DNA of 64,000 nt from Bacteroidota bacterium (GTDB taxonomy: Bacteria > Bacillota > UBA4882 > JAAYXC01). The stretch lies in NCBI GenBank assembly GCA_050260415.1, contig JBLNCE010000111.1, positions 41,798 to 105,797 on the forward strand. The letters are read 5' to 3'. Numbering within the stretch: the stretch's first letter is position 1; each line of letters begins with the position of its first letter. This document shows positions 19,056-31,874 of this stretch, in pieces. Position numbers and translations under genes: made by a program. Below the pieces are notes generated by a model, which was not told the DNA's origin, ran no database searches, and saw nothing but the letters and a program-made list of their open reading frames with translations.

Positions 19056-19535
19056 ATGCGCGTGGGCGTGGTCAGCGATATCCATGGCGCCTATGAGGCT
19101 TTGCGGCGTGCCGTGCAAGCCATGGGGCCGGTAGACCTCTTGGCGCATGCCGGGGACGGGTATAGCGATCTCATCCGCTGGCGGAAAGAAAACCCCGACG
19201 TCAGAGTGGAGATGGTCGCGGGCAATTGCGATCTCTTTGCCGATTGCGCCGAGGAGACCCTCTTCTCCTTGGATCGCTGGCGCATACTGCTGACACATGG
19301 GCATCAATACGGGGTCAAATCCGGCCTGCACCGGTTGTTGGCGCGGGCGCAACGGGCGGGAGCGCAGTTGGTCATCTATGGGCACACGCATTGCCCGGAA
19401 CGATCGGACCAGGGCGGCATCATCCTCTTCAATCCCGGTTCTCTCTGCCTGGCCCGGACCTCATGCGGGCGCCCCAGTTACGGCCTGATCGATGTCACTC
19501 CGGATAGGCTTGAGATAGCGGTAGATTACTTATAA
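19056..19535 (+). CDS. YfcE/YsnB-type metallophosphoesterase
   Basis: MRVGVVSDIHG, HAGD, THGH and GHTH motifs. The rph-rdgB-ysnB order matches Bacillus. Confidence 0.8.
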   Translation: MRVGVVSDIHGAYEALRRAVQAMGPVDLLAHAGDGYSDLIRWRKENPDVRVEMVAGNCDLFADCAEETLFSLDRWRILLTHGHQYGVKSGLHRLLARAQRAGAQLVIYGHTHCPERSDQGGIILFNPGSLCLARTSCGRPSYGLIDVTPDRLEIAVDYL

Positions 19536-19568
19536 CCTCCCGCCTCATGCCATCCGCCTTCCCAAGGC

Positions 19569-19597
19569 TTGACGAAGCATATTTCATTAGGTACAAT
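19569..19597 (+). promoter_or_regulatory. sigma-A-type promoter for tRNA-Pro
   Basis: TTGACG, 17 nt, TACAAT, ending 14 nt before the mature tRNA 5' end. Confidence 0.6.
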
Positions 19598-19611
19598 ATG
19601 AATACCCACGT

Positions 19612-19688
19612 CGGGGTGTGGCGCAGCTTGGTAGCGCGCTTGCCTTGGGCGCAAGAGGCCCCGGGTTCAAATCCCGGCACCCCGACCA
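19612..19688 (+). tRNA. tRNA-Pro: tRNA-Pro (anticodon UGG), CCA encoded
   Basis: Cloverleaf folded by hand: acceptor CGGGGTG/CACCCCG, anticodon stem CTTGC/GCAAG, loop CTTGGGC (UGG, G37), T-arm CCGGG-TTCAAAT-CCCGG, then A-CCA. Confidence 0.95.
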
Positions 19689-19699
19689 AAAATCGATGG

Positions 19700-19725
19700 A
19701 ACCGCCGCCCACGTGGCGGTTTTTT
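19700..19725 (+). terminator. intrinsic terminator after tRNA-Pro
   Basis: AACCGCC-GCCCACGT-GGCGGTT followed by TTTT. Confidence 0.7.
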
Positions 19726-19763
19726 GCGTCTTGCCCCGGTCGGGCCTTGCCGTTTGGCACTTA

Positions 19764-19793
19764 TTGACTACCCTCACGGGGCTGTGGTATACT
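19764..19793 (+). promoter_or_regulatory. sigma-A-type promoter for rpsB-tsf
   Basis: TTGACT, 18 nt, TATACT. Implies a leader of about 110 nt. Confidence 0.55.
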
Positions 19794-19911
19794 ACTTCAC
19801 GGTGTGCAAGCAGTACACACGCGCCCGATGCAGACGAGGGTGCCGGTTCACACCGGTCCGTCCGGCAGATGACGGTAGCGGCGGAAAAAACCTTAGAGAG
19901 GAGGTGAGGTT

Positions 19912-20670
19912 GTGGCTGTTGTCTCAATGAAACAGCTGCTCGAGGCCGGTGTGCATTTCGGGCACCAAACCCGGCGCTGGAACCCAAAGATGGCGGCATA
20001 CATCTTCACCGAGCGAAACGGGATCTATATCATCGACCTCCAGAAGACGGTACGCAAGGTGGAAGAGGCCTACAACTTCGTCAAGGATTTGTCGGCCAAC
20101 GGCGGGACGCTGCTGTTCGTGGGCACGAAGAAGCAGGCCCAGGAAGCAATCAAGGAAGAGGCCGTTCGGTGCGGAATGTATTTCGTGAGCGAACGTTGGC
20201 TGGGCGGCACCTTGACCAATTTCCGGACGATCCGGAGCCGCGTCGAGCGCTTGCGCAAGATCGAAGCCATGGAGACCGACGGGTCGTTTGAGGTCCTTCC
20301 CAAAAAAGAAGTACTGGCGCTCAAGAAAGAGAAAATTCGGCTCGAACGGTTTTTGGGCGGCATCAGGGATATGAATAAGCTGCCCTCGGCGATCTTCATC
20401 GTTGACCCGCGCAAGGAGAGGATTGCCGTTGCCGAAGCAAGGACGCTCGGGATCCCTTTGATCGCGATCGTGGATACAAACTGCGATCCGGACGAGGTGG
20501 ATTACGTCATCCCCGGTAACGACGATGCCATCAGGGCTGTCAAGCTACTGGCAAGCAAGATGGCGGAAGCGGTCATCGAAGGCCGCCAGGGTGAGCAGAT
20601 GGCCCCGGGCGTTCCGGGCGAGATTGAGGCGTATTCCACGGACTACGACGAATCCCTGGCGGCCGAGTAG
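19912..20670 (+). CDS. rpsB: 30S ribosomal protein S2
   Basis: [34 protein letters not shown] upstream of GTG. Confidence 0.95.
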   Translation: MAVVSMKQLLEAGVHFGHQTRRWNPKMAAYIFTERNGIYIIDLQKTVRKVEEAYNFVKDLSANGGTLLFVGTKKQAQEAIKEEAVRCGMYFVSERWLGGTLTNFRTIRSRVERLRKIEAMETDGSFEVLPKKEVLALKKEKIRLERFLGGIRDMNKLPSAIFIVDPRKERIAVAEARTLGIPLIAIVDTNCDPDEVDYVIPGNDDAIRAVKLLASKMAEAVIEGRQGEQMAPGVPGEIEAYSTDYDESLAAE

Positions 20671-20678
20671 ACTGGCGT

Positions 20679-20711
20679 GGGTGACCACCCAGGGGTGGTC
20701 ACCCTTTTTTT
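20679..20711 (+). terminator. intrinsic terminator/attenuator between rpsB and tsf
   Basis: GGGTGACCACC-CAGG-GGTGGTCACCC followed by TTTTTTT. Confidence 0.75.
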
Positions 20712-20739
20712 ATCGAGGACGGAAAGGGGAGATGTTTCT

Positions 20740-23085
<2,346 letters not shown>

Positions 23086-23106
23086 CCGACGCAGCGGTGC
23101 AATGCC

Positions 23107-23131
23107 GACCCCCTCCGTCGAGGGGGTCTTT
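23107..23131 (+). terminator. hairpin after frr (weak terminator/attenuator)
   Basis: GACCCCCTC-CGTC-GAGGGGGTC followed by TTT. Confidence 0.45.
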
Positions 23132-23155
23132 GGCGCGAGCGGGGGAAAGTGAAGC

Positions 23156-23917
23156 GTGAGTATATTCGGACGTATACGCGGCCGCAGGCACGGAGCCGAT
23201 CCCGGCGCGGATCTGGGTGCGGTCCCGCGGCATATCGCCATCATAATGGACGGTAACGGACGTTGGGCCAAGCGGCGAGGATTGCCCCGCACCGCCGGGC
23301 ATCGGGTCGGCTTGGATCGGGTCGAGGAGATCGTACGCGCCTGCACGATCCTTGGTATAAAATACCTAACCCTCTATGCGTTCTCCACGGAGAATTGGCG
23401 GCGCGCCCCCGAAGAAGTCGGCTTTCTGATGCAGCTTTTTTCCCAAGCCTTGACGGACAACACGGAAAAACTGCACCGTGAGGGCGTGCGCATCAGGTTT
23501 ATCGGCCGCCGGGACCGTCTGCACGCGGACTTATTGGCCCGCGTCCAAGAGGCCGAAGAACGTACCGCCGCAAATACCACGCTCACCCTGGCGCTGGCGG
23601 TCGACTACGGGGCGCGCGATGAGATCCTGCAGGCGGTGCGCAGGGTAGCCGACCTTGCGCGGGCCGGTGAGTTTGAGCCGGATTCCTTGGATGAGCGGAG
23701 CTTCAGCGCCTTCCTCCAGACCGCCGGCATGCCGGACCCCGATCTGATCATCAGACCCAGCGGGGAGTTCCGGTTGAGCAACTTCCTGCTCTGGCAGTCC
23801 GCCTATGCTGAGCTTTGGTTCACGCCTGTCTTGTGGCCGGATTTCGGACCCGATCAACTGCGCGAGGCATTGAGGGCATACGCCGGGCGGGAACGCCGTT
23901 TTGGCGGCGTAAAGTGA
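23156..23917 (+). CDS. uppS: isoprenyl transferase (undecaprenyl-diphosphate synthase)
   Basis: HIAIIMDGNGRWA, LTLYAFSTENWRR and RPSGEFRLSNFLLWQ. Confidence 0.9.
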   Translation: MSIFGRIRGRRHGADPGADLGAVPRHIAIIMDGNGRWAKRRGLPRTAGHRVGLDRVEEIVRACTILGIKYLTLYAFSTENWRRAPEEVGFLMQLFSQALTDNTEKLHREGVRIRFIGRRDRLHADLLARVQEAEERTAANTTLTLALAVDYGARDEILQAVRRVADLARAGEFEPDSLDERSFSAFLQTAGMPDPDLIIRPSGEFRLSNFLLWQSAYAELWFTPVLWPDFGPDQLREALRAYAGRERRFGGVK

Positions 23918-23936
23918 GACCAAAGCGGGAGGAGTC

Positions 23937-24764
23937 ATGCAGCAGAGGATCCTTAGCGGCATCGTCTTCGGCGTTGTCTTCATCGGACTGGGCTGGTGCG
24001 GCGGTATCTGGCTGAGCCTTGGCTTGGGCGGCTTGCTGTGCTTGGCCGCGCTTGAGTTTGGCCGGCTCTGTCGTGCCGGCGCTTTCAGGCTATCGGTCAT
24101 GGTGCCGGCCGGGATCGGTCTGGCGACACTCCTGGCCATTACCACGCGTCTCCGCGGGGAAACCACGCTCGCACAGGTGCGCGGGGTCGAGCCTATCCTG
24201 GCTTTATCACTGATCGTCCTCTTTATGGCCACCGCCATCGCCGAGGTATGGCGCGGACAAACCAGGGGCGCGCTAACCGCTGCCGGGCTGACGGTGCTTG
24301 CCGGCGTGTATATCTCATTTCCACTGGCATATATGTTAATGCTGCGCAGCCTGCCCGGAAAGGAAGGCCTGTTCTACTTCTTCCTGCTAACCATCGTGAC
24401 CTGGGCCAATGATACCGTGGCCTATTTCGCGGGTTCCGCCTTTGGCCGGCATCGCCTGGCGCCGTCGATCAGTCCCAAGAAGTCGGTTGAGGGCTCGGCG
24501 GCCGGCCTCATCGCCTCCGTCATGGCGGGTCTGATCTTTGCCGTGTTTTGGGGAAGGAATCCCTGGCCTTGCGCTGGTATCGGACTTGGCGTGGGTCTCT
24601 TCGGGCAGATCGGCGATCTGTTCGAATCGATCATCAAGCGCGACTTGGGCGTCAAAGACTCAGGCAACTTTCTCCCGGGACACGGCGGCGTGCTCGATCG
24701 CTTCGACAGTCTGATCTTCAGCGCTCCGATCGTGTACTACCTGGCGGTGTTCCTGGGAGGCTGA
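23937..24764 (+). CDS. cdsA: phosphatidate cytidylyltransferase
   Basis: A multi-TM protein with SPKKSVEG and FESIIKRDLGVKDSGNFLPGHGGVLDRFDS. Confidence 0.9.
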   Translation: MQQRILSGIVFGVVFIGLGWCGGIWLSLGLGGLLCLAALEFGRLCRAGAFRLSVMVPAGIGLATLLAITTRLRGETTLAQVRGVEPILALSLIVLFMATAIAEVWRGQTRGALTAAGLTVLAGVYISFPLAYMLMLRSLPGKEGLFYFFLLTIVTWANDTVAYFAGSAFGRHRLAPSISPKKSVEGSAAGLIASVMAGLIFAVFWGRNPWPCAGIGLGVGLFGQIGDLFESIIKRDLGVKDSGNFLPGHGGVLDRFDSLIFSAPIVYYLAVFLGG

Positions 24765-24810
24765 CCAGACTCGGATTCCGAAATTGTTTCATTATGAGGG
24801 TGACGGCAAC

Positions 24811-25926
24811 GTGGAGCCGAGAATACGCCTCTTCGGTTCCATCAGCCTGTTCGGCTTGGGCTTGGTTTTGGCCGCCAAGATCGTCCTGCCCCTGGTGGCG
24901 CCCTTTGTTGTCGGCCTGGTCTTGGCGTGCGTGCTCGAACCGATGGTGGTTTTTTGCGAGCGGCGCGGCCGGCTCCCGCGTTCGTTCGCGTCGGCCGGCG
25001 TACTGGCGGCCACCATGGCCGGATTGTGTTTTTTCCTCCTGACGGTGGGCCTCAATCTCTGGTTCGGGCTCCGCGATCTGGCGCTGGCGGCCGCGCGGGG
25101 CGGCCGCATCGAACGACTGCTTGATACCTTGGCCGGCGCCGCTTCGGTGCGCCTGAGGGGCCTGCCCGAGCCGTTGCGGGAGGCGTTTCTCGCTTGGATC
25201 GGGGAGTTACCCGCCAGACTGGCGGGTCTGCTTGAGTATTGTCTGGCTGGTCTGCGGCATCTCCCGCAATGGTTGCTCTTTTGCTTTCTTGGCATCCTGG
25301 CCGCCTACTTCTTCAGCCGGGACCGGGAGACGTGCGGGCGTTTTCTTACCAGTCTTGTGCCGCGTGAGTGGCGCGCCCGCGCGATTGGGATGAAGGAAGA
25401 TCTGTTCCGCGCCCTGATGGGCTTCGTTCGCGCCCAATTGCTCTTGATCCTCCTTACCTTCGCCCTCGGCACTCTCGGCCTGGCCGTGCTTGGCGTGAGG
25501 CACGCCGTGCTGTGCGGCGTGGTCTTGGGCCTCTTGGACTTTCTGCCGTTGATCGGGCCGGGCGCGTTGCTGCTCCCCTGGGGGGGATTATTGCTTGTTT
25601 GCGGCGCCTGGGGCAAAGGTTTGGGGTTTATCGTCCTCTTTGCCGTCCTGGCACTTGGACGCGAGGCGGCCGAGGCCAGGCTGGTCGGAAGAAACCTCGG
25701 TCTTCACCCATTGGCCGCGCTGGCCTCCCTTTATATCGGCACGCGTCTGTTCGGATTGAGCGGTATTCTGCTGGGGCCGATTACGTTGGTTATTCTACGC
25801 GCCTTATACGAGGCACTGACGTTGCCGGGAGCAAGGGGAGAAATCCGGTTGGGCGCGAAAGAGGTCAGAGATGAAAAAGATCGCCATCCTCGGTTCAACC
25901 GGGTCCATCGGGCGGCAGACACTTGA
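24811..25926 (+). CDS. AI-2E (PerM/YtvI-like) family transporter
   Basis: Multi-TM protein whose topology and the LPLIGPGALLLPWG motif fit the AI-2E family. GTG at 24811 lies 7 nt after GAGGGTGA. The 3' end overlaps dxr by 56 nt. Confidence 0.75.
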   Translation: MEPRIRLFGSISLFGLGLVLAAKIVLPLVAPFVVGLVLACVLEPMVVFCERRGRLPRSFASAGVLAATMAGLCFFLLTVGLNLWFGLRDLALAAARGGRIERLLDTLAGAASVRLRGLPEPLREAFLAWIGELPARLAGLLEYCLAGLRHLPQWLLFCFLGILAAYFFSRDRETCGRFLTSLVPREWRARAIGMKEDLFRALMGFVRAQLLLILLTFALGTLGLAVLGVRHAVLCGVVLGLLDFLPLIGPGALLLPWGGLLLVCGAWGKGLGFIVLFAVLALGREAAEARLVGRNLGLHPLAALASLYIGTRLFGLSGILLGPITLVILRALYEALTLPGARGEIRLGAKEVRDEKDRHPRFNRVHRAADT

Positions 25927-27037
25927 AGTCATTGCGGCCCATCCCGACCGTTTTCGTGTCTCGGGCTTGGCTGGTTGGCAGAACGCCCGTTTATTGGCCG
26001 AACAGGCAAAGATTTTCCATCCGGACCTGGTTGCCTGCGCCGATCATGGCGCCTATGCCCAACTACGCCAGGAACTGGCCGGAACCTCCATCCCCGTGCT
26101 TGCGGGGGCGGAGGGGGTGGCGGCGGTGGCCGCGGCCGAGGGGACCGACCTCACGTTAATCGCGGTGACCGGGGCGGCCGGGATCGCGCCGACACTGGCC
26201 GCGATCGACGCGGGTAAGGAAATCGCCCTCGCCAACAAGGAGACCCTGGTAGCCGCGGGCGCACTCGTGACCAAACGCGCGCGTGCCGCTGGCGTGCGCA
26301 TTCTGCCGGTGGACAGCGAACATTCAGCCGTCTTTCAATGCCTGGCGGGTATCAGGCAGGAAGCTCTGCACCGCATCATCCTGACCGCGTCGGGTGGGCC
26401 GTTTCGCACCTTGCCCTTGCCGGAGATGGACCGGGTAACGGTGGCACAGGCGCTCAACCACCCGAAGTGGAACATGGGCGCCAAAATCACGGTCGATTCG
26501 GCCACCCTCGTCAATAAAGGACTCGAGGTCATCGAGGCCCACTGGCTTTTTGGCCTGCCATACGAGCGGATCGAAGTGGTAATCCACCCGGAGAGTCTGG
26601 TCCATTCGCTGGTCGAACTGGTGGATGGGGCGATACTGGCCCAACTGGGCACGCCTGACATGCGGCTCCCCATTGCCTATGCCCTTAGCTATCCGGATCG
26701 GATTGAGACGCCTTGGCCGCGCCTGCCGGGACTGGCCGGATTGGCGCTGCACTTTGAACGGCCGGATGAAGGACGATTCCCCGCGCTTAAGCTCGCCTAC
26801 GAGATGGGAAGGCGGGGCGGTACGTGGCCCACGGTCATGAGCGCCGCCAATGAAGTGTCGGTGGCGGCCTTTCTCCGCGGCGAATTGAGTTACCGCGACA
26901 TCGTGCGCATTGTCACGGAGGTCTGCGGGAACCATGGAGGCGGGAACGAATCCTGCCCCGATCTGGAGACGATCTTCGCCGCCGACGCCTGGGCGCGGGC
27001 GCGGGCGGCCGAACTCGTCTCCAAGAACAAGAAGTGA
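25871..27037 (+). CDS. dxr: 1-deoxy-D-xylulose-5-phosphate reductoisomerase
   Basis: MKKIAILGSTGSIGRQTL, LANKE, PVDSEHSA and NHPKWNMG. Confidence 0.95.
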   Translation: MKKIAILGSTGSIGRQTLEVIAAHPDRFRVSGLAGWQNARLLAEQAKIFHPDLVACADHGAYAQLRQELAGTSIPVLAGAEGVAAVAAAEGTDLTLIAVTGAAGIAPTLAAIDAGKEIALANKETLVAAGALVTKRARAAGVRILPVDSEHSAVFQCLAGIRQEALHRIILTASGGPFRTLPLPEMDRVTVAQALNHPKWNMGAKITVDSATLVNKGLEVIEAHWLFGLPYERIEVVIHPESLVHSLVELVDGAILAQLGTPDMRLPIAYALSYPDRIETPWPRLPGLAGLALHFERPDEGRFPALKLAYEMGRRGGTWPTVMSAANEVSVAAFLRGELSYRDIVRIVTEVCGNHGGGNESCPDLETIFAADAWARARAAELVSKNKK

Positions 27038-27047
27038 GTGATCACCA

Positions 27048-28118
27048 TTGGCGATCGTACAGACCTTGATCCTCCTGAGCGTACTCGTCATCATCCACGA
27101 ACTTGGGCACTTTCTGGCGGCACGTCTTTTCGGCGTACGGGTCCTGGAGTTTGCCGTTGGTTTTGGCCCTGTCGTGGCAAAGACCGTGCGCCACGGTACC
27201 CAGTACGCTCTGCGCGCAATCCCCATGGGCGGATTTGTCAAGCTGGCCGGCATGGAGATGGCGGTCGAAGGCGAAACGGAGCCGGTAGAGGCCGATGATC
27301 CCGCCAGCATGGCGAATCAACCCGCGTGGAAGAAGGCGCTCATCGTCATGGCGGGTCCCGTCAACAACCTCATTCTGGCGGCCTTGACGATCACGGTCAT
27401 GTTGGCCGTCGTCGGCGTGCCGCGCGCCACCGAAAAGCGTTCGATTATCGGCTTTGTCGACCCGAAGACCCCCGGTTACGAGGCGGGTCTCTCCACCGGC
27501 GACCGCGTCGTCGCGTGCAACGGCCAGCCGATCGCTCTCTGGGAAGAACTGGCGAAAGCGATCCGGGGCAGCAAAGGGAGACCGGTCACGCTCCTGATCA
27601 ACCGCGAGGGACGCACCTTTTCGCGGACGATAACCCCCTTTTACGACCCGATGTTCAAAGCCTACCGGCTCGGCATCGCCGCCAAGCAATTCTACCAACG
27701 GCTGCCGCTGGGACAAAGCGTCTTGATCGGAGTAACGTCCATCTATTGGGGCTCCGTGAATATCGTACAGATGATCGTGGCCGGACTAACCGGGCGGGCG
27801 CGGGTGCCGCTGGCGGGACCGGTCGGGATGGTGGGGATGGTCGGAGAATCGGTCAAAGCCGGGGCGGCCTCGGTTTTCAACCTGATCGCCTCACTGAATT
27901 TGTTTCTCGGTCTCTTTAACCTGCTGCCAATCCCCCTGCCTCTGCTGGACGGCGGCTGGGTGGTCATCTATCTGCTGGAACGGCTCCGCCGCCGGGAGTT
28001 CACCGCGGAGCAGAAAGCCGCTGCCCAGCTCCTTGGCCTCTTAATCCTGGGCTCATTCTTCCTGTTTGTAACCTATGGCGACCTGGTGACCGGCATCAGG
28101 CGCTTTATGAACCGGTGA
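27048..28118 (+). CDS. rseP: RIP zinc metalloprotease RseP/RasP (M50 with PDZ)
   Basis: HELGHF, a central PDZ domain, and NLLPIPLPLLDGG. Confidence 0.9.
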   Translation: MAIVQTLILLSVLVIIHELGHFLAARLFGVRVLEFAVGFGPVVAKTVRHGTQYALRAIPMGGFVKLAGMEMAVEGETEPVEADDPASMANQPAWKKALIVMAGPVNNLILAALTITVMLAVVGVPRATEKRSIIGFVDPKTPGYEAGLSTGDRVVACNGQPIALWEELAKAIRGSKGRPVTLLINREGRTFSRTITPFYDPMFKAYRLGIAAKQFYQRLPLGQSVLIGVTSIYWGSVNIVQMIVAGLTGRARVPLAGPVGMVGMVGESVKAGAASVFNLIASLNLFLGLFNLLPIPLPLLDGGWVVIYLLERLRRREFTAEQKAAAQLLGLLILGSFFLFVTYGDLVTGIRRFMNR

Positions 28119-29263
28119 GCGGTATGAAGCAACGGCGCAATTCCACGGCGGTTAAAGTAGGATCCCTGACCCTGGGCGGCGGAGCGCCGATCGTGGTCCA
28201 GTCCATGACCACCACCTCCCCGCGCGACCTCGAGGCGACCGTGGCGCAGATCCAGCGGCTGGCCGCCGCCGGCTGCGAGCTTGTGCGCTTGGCCGTGCCC
28301 GACATGGAAGCCGCCGCGAATCTCGCCGCCATTAAACGGCTTGTCTCGGTGCCTCTAGCCGCCGATATTCATTTCGATTATCGCCTGGCCCTGGCGGCCA
28401 TTGAGGCGGGCCTGGACAAGCTTCGTTTGAACCCGGGCAATATCGGCGGTCCGGCCAGGGTCCGGGCGATAGTGAGCGCCGCCAAGGAGCGGGGCGTGAC
28501 GATCAGGGTGGGCGTCAACGCCGGATCCTTGCCAAAGGAATTGCTGGAGAAGCACGGCGGCCCCACCGCGGGCGCCATGGTGGATGCGGCCTTGGCACAG
28601 GTAAGGCTCCTCGAGGAGGCCGGTTTCGACGCGATTGTGATCTCCGCCAAAGCCAGCGATGTCCCGCGGACAATCGAGGCTTACCGTGTCCTGGCGCAGA
28701 GGTGCGCTTATCCGCTGCATCTGGGTTTGACCGAAGCGGGTCTGCCCGAGAGAGGCCTGATCCACTCGGGGATCGCGCTCGGGATACTGTTGAGCGAGGG
28801 TATTGGGGACACGATCCGTGTCTCTCTGACCGGAGATCCTGAAGCGGAGGTCGCTGCGGGCTATGAGATCCTGCGGGCCCTGGAGCTCCGCGCCCGGGGT
28901 CCCACGGTGATCGCCTGCCCGACTTGCGGCCGCTGCCAGATCGATCTCCCGGGCTTGGCCCGGCAGGTCAGCGAACTGGCGCGTTCCTATGAAGAACCGT
29001 GGACCATTGCCGTGATGGGATGCGCCGTGAACGGTCCGGGAGAAGCGCGCCAGGCGGATCTGGGCGTCGCCGGCGGGCGCGGTGAAGCGTTGCTCTTTCG
29101 GCACGGCCAGATCCTGCGCAAAGTAGCGGCCGGTGACCTCCTCCGGAGCCTGGCCGAGGAGATGGAACGCCTGCATGAACCGATGAACACCGCAGGCGTT
29201 AACGGAAGCTCAGAAAACACACCTCTTTCTTCTAGACTAGATCGGAGTGATGAAAGATGCTGA
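28115..29263 (+). CDS. ispG: 4-hydroxy-3-methylbut-2-en-1-yl diphosphate synthase
   Basis: [21 protein letters not shown] and CPTCGRC. GTGA overlap with rseP. Alternative start at ATG 28124. Confidence 0.9.
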   Translation: MSGMKQRRNSTAVKVGSLTLGGGAPIVVQSMTTTSPRDLEATVAQIQRLAAAGCELVRLAVPDMEAAANLAAIKRLVSVPLAADIHFDYRLALAAIEAGLDKLRLNPGNIGGPARVRAIVSAAKERGVTIRVGVNAGSLPKELLEKHGGPTAGAMVDAALAQVRLLEEAGFDAIVISAKASDVPRTIEAYRVLAQRCAYPLHLGLTEAGLPERGLIHSGIALGILLSEGIGDTIRVSLTGDPEAEVAAGYEILRALELRARGPTVIACPTCGRCQIDLPGLARQVSELARSYEEPWTIAVMGCAVNGPGEARQADLGVAGGRGEALLFRHGQILRKVAAGDLLRSLAEEMERLHEPMNTAGVNGSSENTPLSSRLDRSDERC

Positions 29264-30996
29264 TGTCGCGCCTAATGGCACCCACCTTGCGCGAGGTGCC
29301 CTCGGAAGCGGAGACACCCAGCCACCAGCTGCTATTACGTGCGGGTTTCATTCGCAAGACCGCCGCGGGGCTTTATACATACCTGCCTTTGGCGCGCAGG
29401 GTATTGGCCAGGATCGAGCGTATCGTGCGCGAGGAGATGGACGCCGCCGGCGGCCAGGAGCTGTTGCTGCCCATCATCCAGCCGGCCGAGATCTGGCGGC
29501 AATCCGGCCGCTGGTCTCTCTACGGCGAGGAGATGTTCCGGCTTGCCGACCGGCATCAGCGCGAGTTCTGCCTCGGTCCCACCCACGAAGAGCTGATTAC
29601 CACCCTCGTGGGAAACGAAGTCCGTTCCTACCGGGAACTGCCGCTCCTGCTCTATCAGATCCAGAACAAGTACCGGGACGAGATCAGGCCGCGGTTCGGC
29701 GTCATGCGCAGCCGCGAATTCATCATGAAGGATCTTTACTCCTTCGACCGGGACCAGGAGGGTCTCGAGCGAAGCTACCGGGCGATGTACCGGGCGTATC
29801 AACGCATCTTCATCCGTTGCGGGCTCGATTTTCGTGCCGTGGAGGCCGATTCCGGCGCGATTGGCGGCGACGTCAGCCACGAGTTCATGGTCCTTGCCGG
29901 GTCCGGCGAGGCGAGCATCGTTCACTGCCCTGCCTGCTCCTATGCGGCCAATACTGAAAAAGCCGAGGCGGCCGGATTACCGCCCGAGGACCCATCTGAA
30001 GCGACGGTCGAACCGGTGCATACGCCCGGGATGCGAACCATCCAGGATGTGGCCGCTTTTCTCGGGATTCCGGAGAACAGGCTGATCAAGACGATGCTGT
30101 TCATGACCGAGAGCGGTCCCGTGGCGGTCCTTCTGCGCGGCACGGATATGGTGAACGAGGTAAAACTGGGCCACGCCCTGGACGAAGCGCGTTTCCATGC
30201 GGCGACCGAGGAAGAGGCGGCAGAAGCCGGCGTGCCGTTGGGTTTCGCGGGACCTTGCGGACTGCGGGGAATCAGGATCCTGGCCGATCCATCGGTCATG
30301 GCGCTTGGCGCCGCGGTCACGGGCGCCAACCGCCCGGACTATCATCTGCGGGGAGTCGTCCCCGGCCGCGATTTCCAGCCCGATCTCGTGGCCACGATCA
30401 GGCTTGCCCGTGCCGAAGATCCATGTCCCCGGTGCGGAGAGTCCATGGCCGAATTGCGCGGCGTCGAGGTTGGGCATATCTTCAAACTGGGGACGAAATA
30501 CAGCGCGGCGCTTGGCGCCACCTTCCAGAATGAGTCCGGCGCGGAAGAGCCGTTTGTGATGGGCTGCTATGGGATCGGCGTCAGCCGCACCATGGCGGCG
30601 GCGGTGGAACAGCATTACGACGAGGCGGGCATCAAATGGCCGCTTCCGCTCGCCCCCTATCAGGTTCTGGTCGTACCGGTCAATCGCAACCAACGGGACC
30701 AGGCCGCCGCGGCCGAGGGCCTTTATCGCGCCCTCATCCAAGCCGGTGTCGAGGCGGTCCTGGATGACCGCGACGAACGTCCGGGGGTTAAGTTCAAGGA
30801 TGCCGACCTGATCGGCTTTCCCTTACGCCTGACCATCGGACCCCGGGGATTGGCCGCGGGCCAGGTGGAAGTAAGGGAACGCGCCTCCGGCGAGGATTCG
30901 GTCTGGCCGCTCTCCGAGGTTGTTCCTCGCTGCCTCGGCTTCCTCGAAACACGGGCGGCGGAGTTGGCCGCGCGGCTGGCTCAAGTAGCGCCATGA
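29257..30996 (+). CDS. proS: proline--tRNA ligase (bacterial type with INS editing domain)
   Basis: [30 protein letters not shown] and 579 aa. GGAGTGA lies 6 nt before ATG. Confidence 0.95.
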   Translation: MLMSRLMAPTLREVPSEAETPSHQLLLRAGFIRKTAAGLYTYLPLARRVLARIERIVREEMDAAGGQELLLPIIQPAEIWRQSGRWSLYGEEMFRLADRHQREFCLGPTHEELITTLVGNEVRSYRELPLLLYQIQNKYRDEIRPRFGVMRSREFIMKDLYSFDRDQEGLERSYRAMYRAYQRIFIRCGLDFRAVEADSGAIGGDVSHEFMVLAGSGEASIVHCPACSYAANTEKAEAAGLPPEDPSEATVEPVHTPGMRTIQDVAAFLGIPENRLIKTMLFMTESGPVAVLLRGTDMVNEVKLGHALDEARFHAATEEEAAEAGVPLGFAGPCGLRGIRILADPSVMALGAAVTGANRPDYHLRGVVPGRDFQPDLVATIRLARAEDPCPRCGESMAELRGVEVGHIFKLGTKYSAALGATFQNESGAEEPFVMGCYGIGVSRTMAAAVEQHYDEAGIKWPLPLAPYQVLVVPVNRNQRDQAAAAEGLYRALIQAGVEAVLDDRDERPGVKFKDADLIGFPLRLTIGPRGLAAGQVEVRERASGEDSVWPLSEVVPRCLGFLETRAAELAARLAQVAP

Positions 30997-31676
30997 GCAT
31001 TGAAGTCATCATCCCCGCCTATAACGAGGCCCGCACGATTGCCGGAGTGGTCAGGACCGCGCGCGCCTGTGCGCTGGTCAGCCGGGTCATCGTGGTGGAT
31101 GACGGGTCCAAGGACCAGACAGCGGCGGTTGCTAGGGAGGCGGGCGCGGAGGTATACAGCCTCACGCCTAATCAGGGCAAGACCGCCGCTCTCTTGCGCG
31201 GTCTGGAAGCCAGTCAGGCGCTGGTGCTCGTCCTCCTCGACGGGGATCTGCTCGGCTTGGAAACTGGTCACATCGAGGCGCTCGCGGAACCGGTCCTCGC
31301 ATCCAGAGCGGCGATGACGGTGGGCGTCTTCCATGACGGACGTTGGATCACGGATCTCTCACAATCATTGACGCCTTTCCTCAACGGTCAACGCGGACTG
31401 CGGCGTGAACTCCTGGGGGGGTTGAGCCGGGGTACGAGCGGCCGCTATGCCGCTGATACGCTGCTCTCGCTCTACGCGCGCCGCAGCGGCGCCAAAGTGC
31501 TCCGCATCCGCCTTACCGGCCTGACGCATGTGATGAAGGAGGAAAAAGTGGGCTGGAGGCGCGGACTCACCGCGCGTCTGGTCATGTTCTGGCAGGTCTT
31601 CACGGCGCTGTTCATCCCGTTCCCTCCCGAGAACAAGGCCGCGGGCAAAGCCCAAAGGACAACGAATAAGACATAA
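30993..31676 (+). CDS. family 2 glycosyltransferase (short, ~227 aa; paralogue of 3887-4582)
   Basis: [18 protein letters not shown] and [12 protein letters not shown] overlap with proS. Confidence 0.75.
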   Translation: MSIEVIIPAYNEARTIAGVVRTARACALVSRVIVVDDGSKDQTAAVAREAGAEVYSLTPNQGKTAALLRGLEASQALVLVLLDGDLLGLETGHIEALAEPVLASRAAMTVGVFHDGRWITDLSQSLTPFLNGQRGLRRELLGGLSRGTSGRYAADTLLSLYARRSGAKVLRIRLTGLTHVMKEEKVGWRRGLTARLVMFWQVFTALFIPFPPENKAAGKAQRTTNKT

Positions 31677-31774
31677 CCTCGACGCGTCTGAGTCTCCTGT
31701 CCAAGAGCTCCGAAAGCGCTTATTATCCCGCAGGGGCGCTAAGGCGCGGAGAAAGGTGCCAAAACAATCACGGG

Positions 31775-31830
31775 TTGATACATTCCGCGCCGCGGCGTCT
31801 CTGCGCGAGATAGGCAATGGATTTTTATCC
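31775..31830 (+). repeat. diverged third copy of the ~75-nt dispersed repeat
   Basis: GCGTCTCTGCGCGAGATAGGCAATGGATTTTTATCC resembles GCGTCTCCGCGCCTCTGCGGGACAATGGGCTTTTTCAC in copy 1. The alignment needs gaps. Confidence 0.35.
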
Positions 31831-31874
31831 CGTTTCCGCGCCTAAGCGCGAGCGCTCCCGGGTATACTAACCAC

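Noticed and set aside
29200-29260. T-box or other leader upstream of proS, and similarly upstream of pheA at 57346-57377
   Set aside because: proS overlaps the ispG stop and pheA starts 32 nt after dapF. There is no room for a riboswitch or T-box leader.
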